Assembly: GCA_963665095.1 (NCBI GenBank) | Contig: OY762069.1 | Span: 5,632,001-5,696,000 of the forward strand | Direction of reading: 5' to 3' | DNA from: an uncultured Desulfobacter sp. | GTDB taxonomy: Bacteria > Desulfobacterota > Desulfobacteria > Desulfobacterales > Desulfobacteraceae | DNA length: 64,000 nt | Part shown: piece by piece, positions 19,519-29,408 of the stretch | How positions within the stretch are numbered: position 1 is the first letter of the stretch | How the letters are laid out: each line of letters begins with the position of its first letter | Translations under genes and position numbers: made by a program | The notes under the pieces: model-generated | The model's database searches: none | Told to the model about the DNA's origin: nothing | Seen by the model: the letters and a program-made list of their open reading frames with translations, nothing else

Positions 19519-20460
19519 ATGGATAAAATCCAGGATATTGTGACGCGTTACCCCAAAAACCCGATACTGACCCGGGAGGATGTGCCCTATCCCGTTGTAA
19601 CGGTGCACAATGCCGGGGTGGTCAGATACAAAGACCGCTATATCATGCTGTTCCGGTCCCATTTGAAAAACGGACGGTCTGTCATCGGAAGGGCGGACAG
19701 CCCGGATGGCTTTACTTTCACAGTCAGCCCGGAACCCTTTTTAACGCCGGCATCCAGTGGACGTTTTGCCGAATACGAAGCCTTCGGGGTCGAGGATTTG
19801 CGCATCAACCCGGTTGAGGGCTCATACCTTCTCACCTACAGTGCCTATTCCCGCCACGGGGTTCGTATTGCCCTGGCCCGGACCTGTGATTTTGAAAAAA
19901 TCGAACGGATTGCCCTGATCACCCAGGCTGATCTGCGCAATGTGGTGATCTTTCCTGAAAAAATTGATGGCCGGTATGTCCGTCTGGACCGTCCCCACTC
20001 GGAAATTTCTCCCTGGTCCATCTGGATTTCCTATTCCCCGGACCTGATTTACTGGGGGGACTCACAGGTTGTCATCAAGCCCTTACCCTACCACTGGGAT
20101 GAAATGAAAATCGGCCCCGGCTCACCGCCCATTAAGACGGATGAGGGCTGGCTTCATATCTACCACGGTGTTTTTAAAACCATGTCCGGAACCGTATACC
20201 GGCTTGGGGCGGCGCTGCATGATTTATCAGACCCTTCCAGGGTTATCGGGGTGTCTGATCAATGGATCCTGCAGCCCGAAGAGGTCTGGGAACAGACCGG
20301 CTATGTCCCCAATGTGGTGTTTAGCTGCGGTGCTGTACCTGAAGATGACGGAATGCTGAAAATTTACTGGGGGGGAGCAGATACGGTGATGTGCGCGGGT
20401 ACGGCAAAGATTTGTGATCTTGTCTCCCTGTGCCGTCTGTCGAATCGTCCGCCCATGTAA
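19519..20460 (+). CDS. GH130-family glycoside phosphorylase/hydrolase
   Basis: NPIL, VHNAG, GVEDLRI, KIGPG, GYVPNVVFSCG. Confidence 0.9.
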   Translation: MDKIQDIVTRYPKNPILTREDVPYPVVTVHNAGVVRYKDRYIMLFRSHLKNGRSVIGRADSPDGFTFTVSPEPFLTPASSGRFAEYEAFGVEDLRINPVEGSYLLTYSAYSRHGVRIALARTCDFEKIERIALITQADLRNVVIFPEKIDGRYVRLDRPHSEISPWSIWISYSPDLIYWGDSQVVIKPLPYHWDEMKIGPGSPPIKTDEGWLHIYHGVFKTMSGTVYRLGAALHDLSDPSRVIGVSDQWILQPEEVWEQTGYVPNVVFSCGAVPEDDGMLKIYWGGADTVMCAGTAKICDLVSLCRLSNRPPM

Positions 20461-20487
20461 CCCTGAACTGAATTAGGAAAGACATTG

Positions 20488-21963
20488 ATGCCGAAAAAAA
20501 GCCATGGCAACCTGACGATCACAAGAAAACCCAATAAAATAGTCGGGGATACCTCCCGTGTCATTACAAGGCCCCATCTCCCGGCTGATTCCAGGCGCAT
20601 CGCCTCGATCATCCAGCGAATCCGCGGCCTGACCCAGAAGGAGGGCAACAGATTATTAACACAGATCATGAAAGATTTTTCCAGGCGCCACGACGACCTG
20701 GTCCATATTTTTGAACGGCACTTCAACCTGGTAAAACACCAAATTAAAAAAGAGACCTTGCTCAGTGACACGGAAAGAACATTGATCGGCGCGTATTTTA
20801 CAAAGGAGTATGCCATTGAATCCGCAGCGCTTTTCAATCCATCCATTGTGCCGCATCCAATTCAAAGTCATCTTGAAGAAGGCAGCCTTCGGTTTGTCAT
20901 GAGTTTGAGGGCCACCGGGGAAGGCCACATTTCCTCCATTGTTTTCAGAAGCGGTGTGCTGAACCGGTACAACACCTTCCGGTTTGACCCGGTCAGTGAG
21001 TTTGTGGAGACACCGGAACTGAAGTTGAACCCCTTATACAAGCGAAAGCTCTTTGAGTACAAGCTCAGGGAAATGAATGCAGATTCCGATATCTGCACCC
21101 ATGTCCTCAATGCGCTTCCCGAAGAATTCAGCAAGGAAGAACTGGGCAGGGAAATGACCAGGCTTCATAAACACCCTCAATTTTCAAAAACCGGACAGAA
21201 CAGGACCTTTGAGATTATCAACTGGCTTTCGGACTCCAATTATGAGGTGGATTTCCATTCGAATCACCGCATCTCCGAGCGGGTCATCTTTCCGGTTTCC
21301 AAAAATGAGAGCCGCGGGATAGAAGATGCGCGGTTTGTTCAGTTTTTTGATGAGAACGGGGACTCAACCTACTATGCAACCTATACGGCGTATAACGGGG
21401 TGACCATTTTACCCCAGCTGATCGAAACCAGGGATTTTATCAGTTTTAAAATTACAATGCTGAACGGAAAAGCAGCACAGGATAAAGGCCTGGCCCTGTT
21501 CCCCCGGAAGATTAAGGGCCAGTTTGCCATGCTGTCCCGGCAGGATGGTGAGAGCAACCATATTATGTTTTCAAAACACCTGCACTTCTGGAGAACCTCT
21601 CATATGATCCAGATGCCCGAGTATCCCTGGGAATTTGTCCAGATCGGCAACTGCGGTTCGCCCATGGAGACTGAGAAAGGCTGGCTCGTTCTGACCCATG
21701 GTGTCGGGCCCATGCGGCAATACTGCATCGGTGCCATGCTCCTTGATCTTGAAAACCCGCGCAAGGTCATCGCACGGCTTGAACAACCGCTTTTGGCTCC
21801 CACTGAAAAAGAGCGGGAGGGGTATGTTCCAAACGTCGTCTACTCCTGCGGTTCAATCATCCATCGCAATGAGCTGGTCATTCCCTATGCCATGTCCGAT
21901 ATTAATTCGGGCATCGCAACGGTTTCTGTGAGTCATCTGATCAATGCGATGCGCAGTGTATAG
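20488..21963 (+). CDS. GH130-family protein with long N-terminal extension
   Basis: ESAALFNPS, GIEDARFV, DKGLALFPRKI, QIGNCGSP, REGYVPNVVYSCG. Confidence 0.9.
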   Translation: MPKKSHGNLTITRKPNKIVGDTSRVITRPHLPADSRRIASIIQRIRGLTQKEGNRLLTQIMKDFSRRHDDLVHIFERHFNLVKHQIKKETLLSDTERTLIGAYFTKEYAIESAALFNPSIVPHPIQSHLEEGSLRFVMSLRATGEGHISSIVFRSGVLNRYNTFRFDPVSEFVETPELKLNPLYKRKLFEYKLREMNADSDICTHVLNALPEEFSKEELGREMTRLHKHPQFSKTGQNRTFEIINWLSDSNYEVDFHSNHRISERVIFPVSKNESRGIEDARFVQFFDENGDSTYYATYTAYNGVTILPQLIETRDFISFKITMLNGKAAQDKGLALFPRKIKGQFAMLSRQDGESNHIMFSKHLHFWRTSHMIQMPEYPWEFVQIGNCGSPMETEKGWLVLTHGVGPMRQYCIGAMLLDLENPRKVIARLEQPLLAPTEKEREGYVPNVVYSCGSIIHRNELVIPYAMSDINSGIATVSVSHLINAMRSV

Positions 21964-22017
21964 GGCCATGCGCAGGGTATAGGGCGATGCGCAGGGTATA
22001 GGGCCATGCGCAGGGTA
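21946..22017. repeat. 19-bp tandem repeat, ~3.8 copies (unit like GCCATGCGCAGGGTATAGG)
   Basis: Direct inspection; first unit spans the GH130 stop codon. Confidence 0.9.
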
Positions 22018-22106
22018 ACGGCCGGAAGTTTTAACGCGTATGGGACCGCTGAAAAAAACAGCAGACAAAAAGGCCATAATGATAAGCCCCAAAAAGGATT
22101 TAACTA

Positions 22107-23246
22107 TTGAGAAAAAAACAAAGGGACGCTTTACTGATCTCTTTTTTCAAGGAAAAAGAGAATTACAAAAAACTTGCCGAGTATGTTGTCCGGCTGCTAA
22201 AAGACGATCCTTCCGCCCCAAAGGAGAGCATACATACCATTCTGTACAGGATCAAAGACGCATCAAGGCTCATAGAAAAAATCGACCAGGAAAATACCGG
22301 CTCGGAATCTGATATGGCACCGATCACACATAAAAATTTCAAGGATAGGATAGGGGATATCATTGGCATCCGGATTATCTGTCTGCGCCTTTCAGACATT
22401 GTGAACGTCGAGGCGTATCTTGAATATTTAGTGGAAGAAAAAATATTAACGTTCATACAACAACCCGATTATAAAAGAACATTTGTTCTGCCGATAGATC
22501 CTGGCAAGGCCGTTCCAAAGGATGTCAGTCTCCAATACAGCGGCTACTCTTCAATTCACTACCAGATCAAGATAGGTGAGAATTCAGATGCAGGCCAAGC
22601 GTTTAAAAGCATTCAGATTGAACTGCAATTGAGGACCATTCTTGAGGAGGCATGGGGGGAGATTGACCATAAATACAGATACAGCTACAGTCGAATCGGG
22701 AACATACTTCCAAACTATATACACTCAGGGTTCTATAATTTGAGCGCCTATCTGCAGGCCGCCGCCATGCAGGCTGAGCAATTGTGCCGGGACGTTGAGG
22801 CGTATAGCTTGAAAAGGACCCTAAAGTTGAAAGGAAATAAAAAGACTCCGATTCCACCAGAATCGGAGGAAAAAGAAACGATGAATGACCTTGCTGACCC
22901 ATTGACGGTGCCCCCGGCCCTTAAATCGGTATTGGAAGAGACATTCGGGTTTAAAACAACAACGAGAACCCTTGCGTATATCATGAGACGGCTTAATAAA
23001 TTAGGCTTCTCCCAGCGCTCTAAAAGCTTTTTTCAGAAAATATTCAAAAAGCGCAGACTGAATGAATTCCGATCTGTTTACCAGGAAGTTCTAAACCAAG
23101 ATCCATTTAAGGACAGTGCGAATAGAAATATTGATCTCATAAATGCCGTGAATTTTGCGCTTTTCGACGAAATCGAAGGCGCAATGGTCGCAAAGGAAGG
23201 ATTGAGATCCACTCTAAAATGGAGAAAAGATCGTTTGTCTATTTAA
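22107..23246 (+). CDS. RelA/SpoT-domain (small alarmone synthetase-like) protein with C-terminal extension; start uncertain
   Basis: YRIKD..RLIEKI, DIIGIRII, SGYSSIHY, IELQLRT..EEAWGEIDHKYRY. Confidence 0.88.
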   Translation: MRKKQRDALLISFFKEKENYKKLAEYVVRLLKDDPSAPKESIHTILYRIKDASRLIEKIDQENTGSESDMAPITHKNFKDRIGDIIGIRIICLRLSDIVNVEAYLEYLVEEKILTFIQQPDYKRTFVLPIDPGKAVPKDVSLQYSGYSSIHYQIKIGENSDAGQAFKSIQIELQLRTILEEAWGEIDHKYRYSYSRIGNILPNYIHSGFYNLSAYLQAAAMQAEQLCRDVEAYSLKRTLKLKGNKKTPIPPESEEKETMNDLADPLTVPPALKSVLEETFGFKTTTRTLAYIMRRLNKLGFSQRSKSFFQKIFKKRRLNEFRSVYQEVLNQDPFKDSANRNIDLINAVNFALFDEIEGAMVAKEGLRSTLKWRKDRLSI

Positions 23247-23255
23247 AGGAGTATC

Positions 23256-23700
23256 ATGCGGCTAAATGCATCCTGTGGAATTGAATTTCAGATATCGGTT
23301 CCAACCCCTTTTTTTGCTGATGCTTCGCCCCCGCAGCGGACGGCAGCAGTGGATCACACGCGAAGAATATCTTTTATCACCCAGCGTGCCGGCGGCAGAG
23401 TTTACGGATTCCTTCGGCAATCTATGTCAAAGACTGGTCGCACCGGCCGGTGATTTTTCAGTTCGTACCTCTGTTGATATCGAGACTGCGGAAAATTCCG
23501 ACAGGGCTCCCGGCGCACCGTTCATCGACGTGCAGAAGTTGCCGGATGCCACCCTGCCGTTCCTGTATCTCAGCCGCTATTGTGAATCGGATCGCTTCAC
23601 GGAAATGGTGGCATTGGTTACCAAGGACCGCTGTCCAGGATACGATCAATGCGAGGCCATTGTCGGCTATATCAGGGATTCGATAGGCTATACCCCTTCC
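23256..23700 (+). pseudogene. Transglutaminase-like protein, frameshifted and 3'-truncated
   Basis: [16 protein letters not shown] then shift at a T run to LMLRPRSG...DSFGN...SRYCESD; ends before the catalytic Cys region at the integrase remnant. Confidence 0.75.
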
Positions 23701-24157
23701 CAGCATTTTGAACGATTTCACGTGCTCTGGTATATCCAAATAGAAACACGTTGTGGTCATCTCCTATCTTGCCGGTGGTGATATATTCCCGTAAACGGTC
23801 CGCTACTTTTTTAGGGATAAAAACAATCTCGGTCTGATTTCCGCTTTTCGGATCAGTTAAAACCAACCTTCTGCCGTGCACATTCTTGGCTTTTAATTTC
23901 AGAACCTCTCCAACTCTCATCCCACCTCTTGCCATCCGCTCGAGCATCCATCAATCGGTTTCTGGAATTATTTGCCTTAAAGATAATTTCGTCCACAACA
24001 TCCCTGTCAAGAATTGTCCACGACCTCCCCTTGGCTGTTTTAAATGTTTTCCTCAATTTTAAATCGTGTCAGAAAAAAACCATAATTTCTTATGGTATTT
24101 TTTTGAATTCATTTTTTGGTGATTCAGAAAAGTGTCGATGGCATTTGATGTTTTCAT
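23672..24157 (-). pseudogene. Tyrosine recombinase remnant in three fragments
   Basis: AAGGAG RBS + MKTSNAIDTFL; VVDEIIF...RNRLM; LERMARGGMRVGEVLKL...DPKSG; catalytic C-terminus absent. Confidence 0.8.
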
Positions 24158-24617
24158 GATGCTCTCCTTTGATAAAAATTGAGGTTCACCTGGAAAGAGG
24201 CCCCAGTCAGATATTTTAAAACATGAAAATTTTTTTTCAACTGACAGACCATGGTCAGGGGAAAAGATATCGGTTCTGAATAACACCAGCATCTTTAATA
24301 TTTCACTGAGGACTTTGTTACAAGCAACATACCCACAATGCTGATTTTAAAACCCCGGACTATTATTAATAGCCTGACCATCAAGTTCCTGAAAAATGAG
24401 GTAGATGTGCATTCCATTTGTGTTGTCCATTTGAGCCCATCTCGGTTATACGGTGTCACTCAACAAATTTATTAGGGCTGTATAGAAAGAGGGTGAAGAC
24501 AATGTTTATTGAGAAACATGAAATGCGGTATTGATTTTGATTTTGCTTTATTTTTGGATATAGTTGTTCAACCTATCTTGTGCCCGTCAAGGCCGATAGG
24601 AAATTTTATAAAGTTGA

Positions 24618-24675
24618 CGGCACCGGAGGCGGGACGAGAACATGCAAGGGCTTGCTCCAATGGGATTTTAAATCC
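24618..24675 (-). pseudogene. Degenerate 3' part of tRNA-Leu(TAA), likely att-site relic
   Basis: Reverse complement gga-tttaaaa-tcc / variable arm / gcatg-ttctcgt-cccgc / ctccggt-gccg resembles anticodon arm, T arm and acceptor 3' strand; no 5' half. Confidence 0.6.
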
Positions 24676-24714
24676 GGGAAACAGAACAAACAACTTAGAC
24701 CGTTAGGATATATT

Positions 24715-26178
24715 ATGCAGAAACAAAACCCGGGCCGGTATCTGATGGCCGCAGATGTGGGCACCCAAAGTGCCAAGGTGGTAATTTTTGACCTGGAGGG
24801 ATCCATTGTCTGCCAGGCCGGTCAAAAGCTTCGCAAAATGGATATCCCTGCCCCGCTGCTGGCGGAACATCCTGATGACGATGTCTGGGATGCGCTGGCA
24901 TCGGCATGCGGGGCTGTTATGACCGAGTTTAAGGAGACCCTTCAAAAAGATCCCAAAGATATTATGGCCGTGGGCCTGTGTGTGATCCGGTGCTGCAGGG
25001 CACTGCTCAAGCCGGACGGCACTCTGGCCTGGCCCCTGATCGACTGGATGGATAAACGGATGAATGATCCCTATCAGCATCTGCCCCAGTACGGCGATGT
25101 GGCCTGGGTCACCACAAGTTCAGGGTATATCACCCACCGCCTCACCGGCAAGCCCAAGGACACTTGCGCCAATTACATCGGCTGGTGGCCCATGGACGAT
25201 GAGACCTGCCGGTGGAAAAAAGATCCAAAGGCCTTTGAAGAGTGCAACCTTACCTCCGACATGCTCTTTGATGTTGTCCATCCAGGGGATATTTTAGGCA
25301 ACGTGTCAGCAACGGCTGGGGAAAAAACAGGGTTGCCAAAAGGACTGCCCGTGGTTGCCACAGCCCATGATAAGGCGGTGGAAGCCTTGGGCGCAGGCAC
25401 CCTTGACAAGGGCACCGTACTAATCTCCCTTGGCACCTATATCTGCGCCATGGTACACGGCCGGGAATATCGGCCCGATGCACAAAATTTCTGGACCTTC
25501 CAGGCATCAATTCCAGAAAAGTATCTTTATGAATGTATGGGGGTCAGAAGAGGGATGTGGACGGTCTCCTGGTTCTGCGACCAGTTTGGCCGGAGTATTG
25601 TGGGAGAAGCCAAAGCGCAGAATGTAAGCATTGAGGAGATGTTCAACCGGGAAGCAGGCCTGGTGCCTGCCGGATGCGACGGACTTTTAACCATCCATGA
25701 CTGGGCGCCACCGGCCCACGCCGTCTATCGCAAAGGGGCAATGCTCGGATTTGACGGCCGCCATACCCGGGCACATATCTACCGGTCCATTTTAGAAGGC
25801 ATCGCCTTTACCATGAAAAACCATGTGGATAAAATGATGGCCGAACTTGAAACCCCCATTGAAAGACTGGTGATCACGGGGGGCGGCTCCAACAGTGATC
25901 TGATCATGCAAATTTTTGCAGACATGTTCGGGGTGCATGCCGGCCGGAACCAGATGAAGGGCGCGGCTGCCATCGGATGCGCCGTAAATGCGGGAATGGC
26001 CACAGGCGCTTTTGCCTCCTATGAACAGGCTGTGGAGAAGATGGTAAAAAAGGACGCTGTATTCATCCCTCATCCTGACACCCATGACCTGTACCAGAGT
26101 TTGAATACCTCGGTATATCAAAAAGCTCATGCCTGCCTGGATCCGCTGTTAAAACCTTTAAGCCCCATTGTTGATTAG
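24715..26178 (+). CDS. FGGY-family carbohydrate kinase
   Basis: AADVGTQSAK, WMDKR, ISLGT, RSILEGIA, ITGGGSNS. Confidence 0.9.
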   Translation: MQKQNPGRYLMAADVGTQSAKVVIFDLEGSIVCQAGQKLRKMDIPAPLLAEHPDDDVWDALASACGAVMTEFKETLQKDPKDIMAVGLCVIRCCRALLKPDGTLAWPLIDWMDKRMNDPYQHLPQYGDVAWVTTSSGYITHRLTGKPKDTCANYIGWWPMDDETCRWKKDPKAFEECNLTSDMLFDVVHPGDILGNVSATAGEKTGLPKGLPVVATAHDKAVEALGAGTLDKGTVLISLGTYICAMVHGREYRPDAQNFWTFQASIPEKYLYECMGVRRGMWTVSWFCDQFGRSIVGEAKAQNVSIEEMFNREAGLVPAGCDGLLTIHDWAPPAHAVYRKGAMLGFDGRHTRAHIYRSILEGIAFTMKNHVDKMMAELETPIERLVITGGGSNSDLIMQIFADMFGVHAGRNQMKGAAAIGCAVNAGMATGAFASYEQAVEKMVKKDAVFIPHPDTHDLYQSLNTSVYQKAHACLDPLLKPLSPIVD

Positions 26179-26612
26179 AAGTCACCTGTATAATAATTTT
26201 TTGGTCCCAAGAAATAGCTAACCGTCTTCTTTGAATCTGCATTGAGTTAAAGAAGGGTCCAAGACCAACAAACGGACGATTGCAAAACATCCAACTATCT
26301 GAAATAATATTAAAAATATACTTGCAGATGATGTTGTTGTGTTCTGCATTGGAGGGGTCAGGGATTCTTTTGCCGTATCATTTTATCATATGTCATTCAG
26401 TTGATTTCACAAGGATTAAACGCTGAAATTTAATATGTCACCTTTCCATGAGTTCTTATGACAGCCACGGGCCGGCCTGACAGATCAACTGCCAAGCTTA
26501 GGCCCACAAAGGAAGTTGAAAAATCTGTGTGCGTTACGTAGCCTTTTTTATTAAACCCAGCCGGTAAAGATACTGCTTGATAAAATTCAACTAAACTGAA
26601 AAACTATCCGGC

Positions 26613-29408
26613 ATGAGAACTGAACAACAGACAAGAGCACAGTTGATTGACAAGCAACTTGAAATGGCGGGATGGAATATTGATGACCCTGCCCAGGTTG
26701 TACAGGAATACGATATCCTTGTTGATCTTCCTGAAGGCGTTGCCGAGGCCCAAACACCATACCAGGGCCATCAGTTCAGCGACTATGTTCTTTTAGGGAA
26801 AAACGGCAAACCCCTGGCTGTTGTGGAAGCAAAAAAAACCAGTAAAGATGCGGGACTTGGCAGGGAACAGGCAAAACAGTACTGCTACAATATCCAGAAG
26901 CGAACCGGTGGATCTTTGCCTTTCTGTTTTTATACAAACGGATTGGAAATTTATTTCTGGGACCTTGAGAACTATCCCCCCCGGAAAGTGTTCGGCTACC
27001 CCACATTGGATGATCTGGAGCGGCTGAATTATATCCGGCAGAATCGTAAACCGCTGACCCGGGAATTGATCAACACGGATATTGCCGGCCGGGACTACCA
27101 GATCCGGGCCATCCGTTCCGTTCTTGAAGGGATGGAGAGAAAGAGACGATCGTTTCTGCTGGTCATGGCCACCGGAACCGGAAAAACCCGGACCAGCATC
27201 GCGTTGGTCGATGCCCTGATGCGTGCCGGGCATGCGGAAAGAATCCTGTTTCTCGTGGATCGTATCGCATTGCGGGAGCAGGCATTAAATGCCTTTAAAG
27301 AGCATCTGCCCAACGAACCCAGATGGCCCAATGTGGGTGAGAAGCTGATCCGTGTGGATCGCAGAATTTATGTCTCCACATATCCCGGCATGCTCAACAT
27401 CATCCGTAATGAGAGCCGGTATTTATCCCCATATTTTTTTGATTTTATTTTTATTGATGAAAGCCATCGCTCCATTTACAACACCTACGGCGAAATCCTG
27501 GACTATTTTAAGACCATTCACTTAGGGATGACAGCAACCCCCACAAGTCTCATTGATCACAATACCTTTTCCCTGTTTGACTGTGAGGATGGACTGCCGA
27601 CATTTGCCTATACCTTTGAAGAGGCTGTCAACAACACGCCCCCGTACCTGAGCAACTTCCAGGTGATGAAAATCCAGACCAGATTCCAGGCGGACGGTAT
27701 CAGTAAGCGAACCATTGCCCTGGAGGACCAGAAAAAACTGATGCTGGACGGGGTGGATATCGAAGAGATCAATTTTGAAGGCACCCAGCTTGAGAAAAAG
27801 GTGATCAACCGGGGAACCAACACCCTGATTGTGAAAGAATTCATGGAAGAATGCATCAAGGATCAAAACGGGGTGCTGCCGGGAAAAACCATCTTCTTTT
27901 GTTCTTCAAAAGCCCATGCCCGGCGCATGGAAGAGGTGTTTGATGCACTTTTCCCGCAATATAACGGGGAACTTGCCAAGGTCATGGTGTCTGATGACCC
28001 CAGGGTGTACGGCAAAGGAGGGCTGTTAGACCAGTTCACCAACCAGGATATGCCCCGGGTTGCCATCAGTGTGGATATGCTGGACACAGGCATTGATGTC
28101 CGGGAGATCGTCAATCTTTGTTTTTCCAAACCCGTCTATTCCTACACCAAATTCTGGCAGATGATCGGCCGGGGCACCCGTCTTCTGGAAACGGCCAAAG
28201 CCAAACCCTGGTGCATTGAAAAGCAGCTCTTTTTAATTATGGACTGCTGGGATAATTTTGAGTATTTCAAACTGACGCCGGAGGGCAAACAAATTGATCC
28301 GGGCCTGCCGCTGCCGGTCAGACTGTTCAGTATCAGGCTGGACAAAATTGAAACAGCCTTGCACCTTGGCGCAGAAGACATTGCCCAAAAAGAGATTAAG
28401 GCCCTTCGCGGGCAAGTCGATCAACTGCCGGCCTCCTCTGTGGTCATCAAAGAGGCGGCAGTGCCATTGGATCGCCTGGCAGAAGACAATTTCTGGATTC
28501 ATCTGGATCAGGAGAAATTTGAATTTCTGCGCACCCGGATCAAACCGCTGTTCAGAACCGTTTCCGATACGGACTTCAAGGCCATGCGGTTTGAAAAGGA
28601 TGTGCTTGAGGTATCCATTGCCCGGCTTTCAAACGACAAAAAACGGTTTAAGGCCTTAAGGTCCGGTGTCATCGCCCAGATCGGCGAGCTGCCTTTATCC
28701 GTAAATATTGTAAGAAGGCAACAGGCGTTGATTGAAAAATTCCAGAAAGAACGCTTCTGGGCCGATGTGTCTGACGGCGCACTGGATCTTCTTGTGGAAA
28801 AGCTTGGCCCCTTGATGAAGTTCAGGGAAAAGGACAACCCTTCTTCCCCCATTGAACTGGATCTCAAAGACAAGGTAAAGCAAAAAGAGTATGTTGAGTT
28901 TGGGCCCCAGCATGAAGCCGTCGGCATTACCCGGTATAAGGAGATGGTGGAAGCCGGAATCCTGGCTTTGATGGAAAACAACCCGGTGTTGTTGAAAATT
29001 AAGGAAAACAAGCCGGTTTCCCAAACCGATATCCAGGCCCTGGCCGAGGTTCTGACCAACACCCATCCCCACATTACAGAAACATTGTTGAAAAAAGTGT
29101 ATCAGCGTCCCAATGCCAGTTTTATCCAGTTCATCCGCCATATCTTGGGGGTGGAACACCTTGAATCCTTTTCCCACACCGTTACAAAAGCCTTTGATCA
29201 GTTCATTCATTCCCACTCGGATTTGAACTCCAGGCAACTGGAGTTTCTAAGGCTGCTCAAGGAATTCATCCTTGAAAGAGAAAAAGTAGAGAAAAAAGAT
29301 TTGATCCAGTCCCCCTTTACCGTGATTCATCCCCAGGGCATCCGGGGGGTATTCAGTCCGGCCGTTATCAATGAGATCCTGGCACTGACCCGGGAGCTGG
29401 CCGCATGA
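26613..29408 (+). CDS. hsdR: Type I restriction endonuclease subunit R (EcoEI-like)
   Basis: SDYVL..VVEAKK nuclease motif, MATGTGKT, IDESHRS, GMTATP, QMIGRGTR. Confidence 0.93.
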   Translation: MRTEQQTRAQLIDKQLEMAGWNIDDPAQVVQEYDILVDLPEGVAEAQTPYQGHQFSDYVLLGKNGKPLAVVEAKKTSKDAGLGREQAKQYCYNIQKRTGGSLPFCFYTNGLEIYFWDLENYPPRKVFGYPTLDDLERLNYIRQNRKPLTRELINTDIAGRDYQIRAIRSVLEGMERKRRSFLLVMATGTGKTRTSIALVDALMRAGHAERILFLVDRIALREQALNAFKEHLPNEPRWPNVGEKLIRVDRRIYVSTYPGMLNIIRNESRYLSPYFFDFIFIDESHRSIYNTYGEILDYFKTIHLGMTATPTSLIDHNTFSLFDCEDGLPTFAYTFEEAVNNTPPYLSNFQVMKIQTRFQADGISKRTIALEDQKKLMLDGVDIEEINFEGTQLEKKVINRGTNTLIVKEFMEECIKDQNGVLPGKTIFFCSSKAHARRMEEVFDALFPQYNGELAKVMVSDDPRVYGKGGLLDQFTNQDMPRVAISVDMLDTGIDVREIVNLCFSKPVYSYTKFWQMIGRGTRLLETAKAKPWCIEKQLFLIMDCWDNFEYFKLTPEGKQIDPGLPLPVRLFSIRLDKIETALHLGAEDIAQKEIKALRGQVDQLPASSVVIKEAAVPLDRLAEDNFWIHLDQEKFEFLRTRIKPLFRTVSDTDFKAMRFEKDVLEVSIARLSNDKKRFKALRSGVIAQIGELPLSVNIVRRQQALIEKFQKERFWADVSDGALDLLVEKLGPLMKFREKDNPSSPIELDLKDKVKQKEYVEFGPQHEAVGITRYKEMVEAGILALMENNPVLLKIKENKPVSQTDIQALAEVLTNTHPHITETLLKKVYQRPNASFIQFIRHILGVEHLESFSHTVTKAFDQFIHSHSDLNSRQLEFLRLLKEFILEREKVEKKDLIQSPFTVIHPQGIRGVFSPAVINEILALTRELAA

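Noticed and set aside
18054..22017. Short repeats as possible CRISPR arrays
   Set aside because: Head-to-tail 14- and 19-bp units with no unique spacers and no cas genes.
24580..24714. N-terminal extension of the FGGY kinase in the ORF track
   Set aside because: It runs through the tRNA relic; ATG 24715 with an AGGA RBS fits the family start.
26345..26367. tgcattggaggggtcagggattc resembling a tRNA-Ala fragment (att site) before the RM operon
   Set aside because: Too short and degenerate to support without an alignment.
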